This document shows, one piece after another, positions 59,719 to 64,000 of a stretch of DNA of 64,000 bases (positions are counted from its first letter, which is position 1; each line of letters opens with the position of its first letter). A program made the translations under genes and the position numbers. The notes beneath the pieces are model-generated. The model had not been told where the DNA came from. It saw only the letters and a list, made by a program, of their open reading frames with translations, and searched no databases. The stretch comes from a virus, in IMG/VR virus record IMGVR_UViG_3300021142_000021, positions 18,376-82,375 of that record, one strand, 5' to 3'.

Positions 59719-60018
59719 AGGGGCACAATATTGCTAACCTATCTACCATTTTGCTGTGTCCGTGCTGCAGGTTTTTTAGGTATTAAAAACCTAATACGAG
59801 AGGGTGCTTTGACATTTATAAGCAACTGTAGTAAACAGCGTTTAAAAGCAATACTGCTACTCTGCTATTAACTTTTGTTTTAGTGCTGCTGTAGCGCGTT
59901 TTAAGCTGCTTGCTGCACGTTGTAAACTAGCTGTGTAAAGCAAGCACGCAACACAAAGGTGTGTCTCGCACTAGGTTTTTAAGGATAAAAAATCCTGCAG
60001 CGAGACTATGCGGCCACA

Positions 60019-60041
60019 ATAAAAGGGACCTAAGTCCCTTT
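60019..60041 (-). terminator. Intrinsic terminator for minus-strand early genes
   Basis: aaagggac-ctaa-gtcccttt with a T run on the minus strand. Confidence 0.75.
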
Positions 60042-60060
60042 GTGTGTCGCCCAGTAAGGG

Positions 60061-60309
60061 CTAGTCGTTTATAATCAGCGCCGTGCAGTAAGCGAGCGCA
60101 CTGTTTAAGCTGACACTGTTCATTGTGGGCTTGTAACGCCAGCCCATTGTGTCCTCACCGCTTGCGTCTTTGTCAGCGCCTGTAAACATAAACGCATAGC
60201 CGTCTATGCTGATGTATTGCCCCGGGGAGCCAATCTGCAGGTCGCTTGCCTCTGCGACGTAGGTTTTGCTGATGGGATTGTAATCAAACTGTTCTGATTT
60301 GAAGTTCAT
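60061..60309 (-). CDS. Hypothetical early protein
   Basis: AAGGAG SD before ATG 60309. Confidence 0.75.
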   Translation of the reverse strand: MNFKSEQFDYNPISKTYVAEASDLQIGSPGQYISIDGYAFMFTGADKDASGEDTMGWRYKPTMNSVSLNSALAYCTALIIND

Positions 60310-60319
60310 CTGCTGCTCC

Positions 60320-60421
60320 TTAGAGGAATGTGTAAAGGATGACAATCGCCATTACAACCAATACAATAAGCACAGGTTGTAAGTCCCTTACACCTATTAG
60401 GTCTTGTAGAAAGCGTTTCAT
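60320..60421 (-). CDS. 33-aa membrane peptide (not in ORF track)
   Basis: MKRFLQDLIGVRDLQPVLIVLVVMAIVILYTFL; AAGGAG SD; promoter upstream. Confidence 0.7.
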   Translation of the reverse strand: MKRFLQDLIGVRDLQPVLIVLVVMAIVILYTFL

Positions 60422-60445
60422 GCTGCTCCTTGTTGCGATGTATGT

Positions 60446-60474
60446 ATTATAGCGCAGTAGGAGCAGGTTGTCAA
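60446..60474 (-). promoter_or_regulatory. Consensus sigma70 promoter TTGACA-N17-TATAAT
   Basis: Perfect consensus. Confidence 0.9.
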
Positions 60475-60767
60475 TCCTCTTCTACGACTTTTTTCGCCTT
60501 AGGTGGCAGGGGTGTAAGTGCCTCGCCAAATAGCTTCTGGAGTTTGCGTTGGATTGCGAGAGCGGTGACATCACGCACCTCAGCGGCATCAAACTTAACC
60601 TTCAGACGAGCAACTGACTCATCAAGGTATCGCCTCGACACATCGCTCAAGGTCGTCTGATAGGCGCACGAGGTTTGCACCAGCGATGTGTCATAGCCTG
60701 CCAGGAGGATGTAGCCACGGTCCTTGTCGGCGGGCATAACGCGGATGAAGAGGGTTTGTATTTTCAT
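60471..60767 (-). CDS. Hypothetical early protein
   Basis: ATGA-coupled to 60764-60916. Confidence 0.75.
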   Translation of the reverse strand: MKIQTLFIRVMPADKDRGYILLAGYDTSLVQTSCAYQTTLSDVSRRYLDESVARLKVKFDAAEVRDVTALAIQRKLQKLFGEALTPLPPKAKKVVEED

Positions 60768-60916
60768 TTGAAGCTGCTTTCAATCTTTTTGCAGAGTGCG
60801 TCATACTGTTCTTTAGTCAAAGGCGTGAACCGTTGACTCTCACTTCTGTGAACATGCTCTGCATAGCCCGTTGTGCGCTCCCAGTATTTGTCGTGTTGTT
60901 CGGGTGTGAAGTCCAT
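60764..60916 (-). CDS. 50-aa hypothetical protein (not in ORF track)
   Basis: MDFTPEQHDKYWERTTG...; AAGGAG SD. Confidence 0.75.
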   Translation of the reverse strand: MDFTPEQHDKYWERTTGYAEHVHRSESQRFTPLTKEQYDALCKKIESSFK

Positions 60917-60939
60917 CTGTGCTCCTTGTTGCTTACGCT

Positions 60940-60967
60940 ATTATAGCACAGAAAACAGTGCTGTCAA
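60940..60967 (-). promoter_or_regulatory. Sigma70 promoter TTGACA-N16-TATAAT
   Basis: Consensus hexamers. Confidence 0.85.
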
Positions 60968-60979
60968 GCACTGCCACAC

Positions 60980-61216
60980 TTAATAAACTTCGAGCTCGTG
61001 TATGCAATAACGTGCGCCGAGCTGTCGTAGCGCAGCTCTGCAGGGTTCAGGCGAGACACTCCAGAACGTGTAGTCGATCTCTTGCTTAAGATCGGCTGTA
61101 ATCTCGCATTCGTACAGTTCATAGATGTCATTGTTGCTGAGGTTGATGCACGCTTCTGCGAACTGTTGCATACTGTGAATGCGCTTTGCAAGTGCTTTGA
61201 GTTGCTTACGTGACAT
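60980..61216 (-). CDS. Hypothetical early protein
   Basis: MSRKQLKALAK; AAGGAG SD before ATG 61216. Confidence 0.75.
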   Translation of the reverse strand: MSRKQLKALAKRIHSMQQFAEACINLSNNDIYELYECEITADLKQEIDYTFWSVSPEPCRAALRQLGARYCIHELEVY

Positions 61217-61244
61217 ATTGTGTACTCCTTGTTGCGATGTGTTT

Positions 61245-61273
61245 ATTATAGCGCAAAGGAACTGTGCTGTCAA
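61245..61273 (-). promoter_or_regulatory. Consensus sigma70 promoter TTGACA-N17-TATAAT
   Basis: Perfect consensus. Confidence 0.9.
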
Positions 61274-61905
61274 CAACTATTTTTCGCCTCGGTACCGATG
61301 CACGCAACTACTTTTGTCTGCAGAGACTTGCGTTTATTGCGTTCACGCTGTTGTGCATTTCTACGTAATCTTATTTCATCGGGTGTTAAATTTAACTTAT
61401 TATGTGGTACTCTGCCCATCTTAGCGCGGGATTCTGCTGTATGTTTTTTACCGAACATATGATTATTCGAGCCCTGTAGTGCTACACTAATTTTAGCATT
61501 ACGCGCTGGATTAGTCCATACTTCTTGCATTGATGCTGTATAACGTTCCATAGTCTCGGGTTTAGCATAGGCAGAACGATTGCTTATGCTCGAGGCTTGT
61601 TTTGCGGCATCTGTGTGTATGTAGCCACTGCTTCCATCTCCTCCATCGGATTTGTTACGAAGTATGCCAGTCCCATTGTCCTTTCTTCCATACCAGCGTA
61701 TAATACGACGCTCAATAGCGAACGCACCTAACTCAGTAAGGTTAGCCTCAAGAATTACTATGAGAGCTCTATTAGTTGGAGGCGAGACTATGTGTTGTTT
61801 GCTCTTAGAGCGTTTTCCCTTACCTTTGCCTATATAGTAAGGTGTCCCATCCTCGCGTAAGTAAGCGTAGACATAGAACGCAAGGGACGAGACTATTTTA
61901 TACAT
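61270..61905 (-). CDS. GIY-YIG homing endonuclease with NUMOD3 motifs
   Basis: [19 protein letters not shown]...ILRNKSDGG; GATAAATA at 61910-61917 (-). Confidence 0.9.
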   Translation of the reverse strand: MYKIVSSLAFYVYAYLREDGTPYYIGKGKGKRSKSKQHIVSPPTNRALIVILEANLTELGAFAIERRIIRWYGRKDNGTGILRNKSDGGDGSSGYIHTDAAKQASSISNRSAYAKPETMERYTASMQEVWTNPARNAKISVALQGSNNHMFGKKHTAESRAKMGRVPHNKLNLTPDEIRLRRNAQQRERNKRKSLQTKVVACIGTEAKNSC

Positions 61906-62048
61906 ACGCTATTTATCGATTGTAAGCAGATGTAACAGTTAAAATAATGCTTGCTCGAAGTTGTTTTCTGCCATATAATAAGCACATGGAAACAAATAAA
62001 GCAAACAAAAAGCAAGCGCAAGCAAGCATGTTTGTTACAATTTATTTG

Positions 62049-62077
62049 TTGACATTGGAGCACAATGGTGCTACAAT
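62049..62077 (+). promoter_or_regulatory. Sigma70 promoter TTGACA-N17-TACAAT
   Basis: Extended -10 TG present. Confidence 0.8.
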
Positions 62078-62141
62078 ACATATATGCGCTAAACGGTGCA
62101 TATTGTTTAACTAACGTGCTAAGGCACAAAGGAGAGCTATC

Positions 62142-62621
62142 ATCGATAAAGGAATCAGACCGGCCGCGAACGCCAAGTTTTTGGAGTTGCTCCCCACCCG
62201 CGCTGAAATTGGCAACACCGGCTTCCGCAAGAACGTTATGTTTTACGTGATGGAGGAATTCGGCATCACGCTTGCAAGTGCTGCAACGCACTACAATCAC
62301 GCTTTCCAAGCTGTTAAGCTTGCAACTCCCGAGCTGGTGGAAGGGCTGGGGCGTGCAGACGACAAGAAGGGCGGACGCAAGCCCAAAGCTGTTGTTGTTG
62401 CAGAAGCTGTTGCTGTGCTGCTTGGCACGCCGGAAGCTGTTGCAACACCCGCAGTTGGCGGCGAAGTCAGCAATGCAGGCGAAACTGCTCCAGAGCAGAC
62501 GGTGTTTACAGTGAAGAAGAAGTCCGACGACACGGTGATCGGGACGTTCAGCTTCGAAGATGCAAAGGCGTTGGTGGCAAAGGCTGCTGCTGCTAAGAAG
62601 GCTGCACTTTATTACGTTTGA
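62142..62621 (+). CDS. Hypothetical early protein, apparent ATC start
   Basis: AAAGGAG SD 7 nt before in-frame ATC-GAT-AAA; alternative TTG start at 62181. Confidence 0.7.
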   Translation: MDKGIRPAANAKFLELLPTRAEIGNTGFRKNVMFYVMEEFGITLASAATHYNHAFQAVKLATPELVEGLGRADDKKGGRKPKAVVVAEAVAVLLGTPEAVATPAVGGEVSNAGETAPEQTVFTVKKKSDDTVIGTFSFEDAKALVAKAAAAKKAALYYV

Positions 62622-62636
62622 TTGATAAATAAGAGC

Positions 62637-63299
62637 ATGAGCTCTTATTACGTTTACGCTTACCTTAGGACAGGAAACCTAACACCTTATTACATAGGTA
62701 AAGGTAAGCGCGAACGTGCCTTCATAAAACACGGTAGAATTACCGTACCAAAAGATAAATCTCGTATCGTGTTCTTAGAATGTAACCTATCAGAGATAGG
62801 TGCATTCGCTATAGAACGACGTATGATTAAATGGTATGGTAGAAAAGATAATGGAACAGGTATTCTTAGGAACATAACCGATGGTGGAGACGGGTGTTCG
62901 GGTCGTATCTATAGACACACAGCAGAAACTAAAGCTAAGATTAGTGCTGCTCAGGTAGGAATGCTGCGCGGACCTCATACAGAAGAGACAAAGTCAAAAC
63001 TCAAGGCAGCGAGGGCACTTAGACCTCCCGCCTCGGATGAGACTCGCAGGCGTATGAGTGAATCTCTCCGAGGAGAAAAGAATCCCAACTTTGGAAAAAC
63101 TGCTACAGCTGAACAGCTAGAAGCTGCCAGTGCATTACGTCGTAATATACCTAGATCGCCTACTGCCTGTGCTAAACATAGCGCCACAATAAAAGGCATA
63201 CCAAAACCTAAACTCACTTGCCCTCACTGCGGGCTCACTGGCGGCACCCCGCAAATGAAGAGATATCATTTTGATAACTGCAAACAAAAACCTATGTAG
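62637..63299 (+). CDS. GIY-YIG homing endonuclease with NUMOD3 and C-terminal zinc-finger motif
   Basis: YYVYAYLR...PYYIGKG; CPHC...HFDNC; GATAAATA at 62624-62631. Confidence 0.9.
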   Translation: MSSYYVYAYLRTGNLTPYYIGKGKRERAFIKHGRITVPKDKSRIVFLECNLSEIGAFAIERRMIKWYGRKDNGTGILRNITDGGDGCSGRIYRHTAETKAKISAAQVGMLRGPHTEETKSKLKAARALRPPASDETRRRMSESLRGEKNPNFGKTATAEQLEAASALRRNIPRSPTACAKHSATIKGIPKPKLTCPHCGLTGGTPQMKRYHFDNCKQKPM

Positions 63300-63460
63300 G
63301 AATGATACTCCGATCGGCGGTTATATCTATATACATCTGTTATGTCGATCCTGTGTAGCGGTCTGTCTTGACTACGTTGTTAATGTAGTCACACGCAGGA
63401 AGCACATACGCATTACTTACACATTTGTTAGTCTAAGATTAGCCTTTTTCTGGCTAATCC

Positions 63461-63634
63461 CTAGTCACCAAACGCATATACAAGCATAGGTTCGTCCTCT
63501 AAGCACTCAACGCGCACAATATCTGTATCGCGGAGCATCTCTTCTTGAAGATCACACGCTTCCATCTCATTGCATTGCTCAGCACACAGCACAGCACCCT
63601 TTGCACTGTAGCCAATGATAGTTACTGTTGTCAT
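63461..63634 (-). CDS. 57-aa acidic hypothetical protein (not in ORF track)
   Basis: MTTVTIIGYSAKG...; GGAG SD; hairpin gattagcc/ggctaatc after the stop. Confidence 0.7.
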   Translation of the reverse strand: MTTVTIIGYSAKGAVLCAEQCNEMEACDLQEEMLRDTDIVRVECLEDEPMLVYAFGD

Positions 63635-63648
63635 ACGATACTCCAGTG

Positions 63649-63795
63649 TTAAAAGGGGATAATCTGCGTCTTAGCACGCAGGCCATGTTGCATCTGATAC
63701 AAGCGGCATTCCTGTAGTGTGCCTATCATGTAAGCTGAACCAACTACTACACTACCGAACTTACCTTCATCGGATACAACCATGTACTTGCCCAT
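63649..63795 (-). CDS. 48-aa hypothetical protein (not in ORF track)
   Basis: MGKYMVVSDEG...; AGGAG SD; promoter TAGACC-N17-TATAAT at 63829-63857. Confidence 0.7.
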   Translation of the reverse strand: MGKYMVVSDEGKFGSVVVGSAYMIGTLQECRLYQMQHGLRAKTQIIPF

Positions 63796-64000
63796 ACGTT
63801 ACTCCTGTGTGTAGTGTGCTATGTATGTATTATACTGTCTGCAGGAGCAAAGGTCTATGCCTGTTTAGGCCTCTAGGCGGGAAAGTTGTGCCAGAACCTG
63901 TCGCTAGATCCCAGTTTTAGTTTCCAATTCTGGTTTGGACTTTTGATCTGGAAACCTAGGATCAGATTGACAGTTCATGCACTCACAGTCATAGCGAGTC

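Larger units (their letters stand above)
57850..60005. other. GA/TC- and GG/CC-depleted island
   Basis: No GA, TC, GG or CC found at 58042-58534; about 6 in gene 58847-59440 (manual count). Confidence 0.95.

Noticed and set aside
57850-60005. Simple type II restriction-site avoidance or low complexity as the explanation of the island
   Set aside because: Palindromes such as GCGC, TGCA, AGCT, GTAC and ACGT remain frequent, and the sequence is non-repetitive coding DNA.
1-64000. Genome-wide TAG recoding
   Set aside because: Long genes are intact in code 11 and several end normally in TAG (4156, 30961, 63299). Only the TAG at 44305 looks premature.
1-64000. tRNA or rRNA genes
   Set aside because: No cloverleaf or T-loop consensus was recognised in the intergenic gaps by eye; tRNAscan-SE was not run.

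Overview
Segment of a large lytic myovirus-type (T4-like or jumbo) dsDNA phage genome. A proteobacterial-type host is inferred from TTGACA/TATAAT promoters and GGAG ribosome-binding sites. 1-21.3 kb: late baseplate and tail module (gp5-like spike with C-terminal lysozyme, HNH homing endonuclease, M15 peptidase, gp25, gp6-like wedge, a 3376-aa virion protein, fibre-like proteins) under GATAAATA late promoters. 21.4-50.2 kb: a roughly 29-kb glycan-synthesis and decoration island (glycosyltransferases, SGNH-like proteins, methyltransferases, radical SAM enzymes, nucleotidyltransferases, carbamoyltransferase, aminotransferase, HAD phosphatases). 50.2-57.5 kb: small minus-strand genes, including a tandem array of 16 mini-paralogues ending in an EEDAxxFKLKFGL-like motif. 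57.85-60.0 kb: the most unusual element, an island almost free of GA/TC and GG/CC dinucleotides (5'-GR on both strands). It encodes two divergent proteins with no E, G, P or W and almost no D, with GR-free promoters, no Shine-Dalgarno sequence, and paired CTCGC..GCGAG elements. 60-64 kb: repeated sigma70 promoter-RBS cassettes with small early genes, and two GIY-YIG endonucleases. All annotation is by manual motif recognition; no searches were run.
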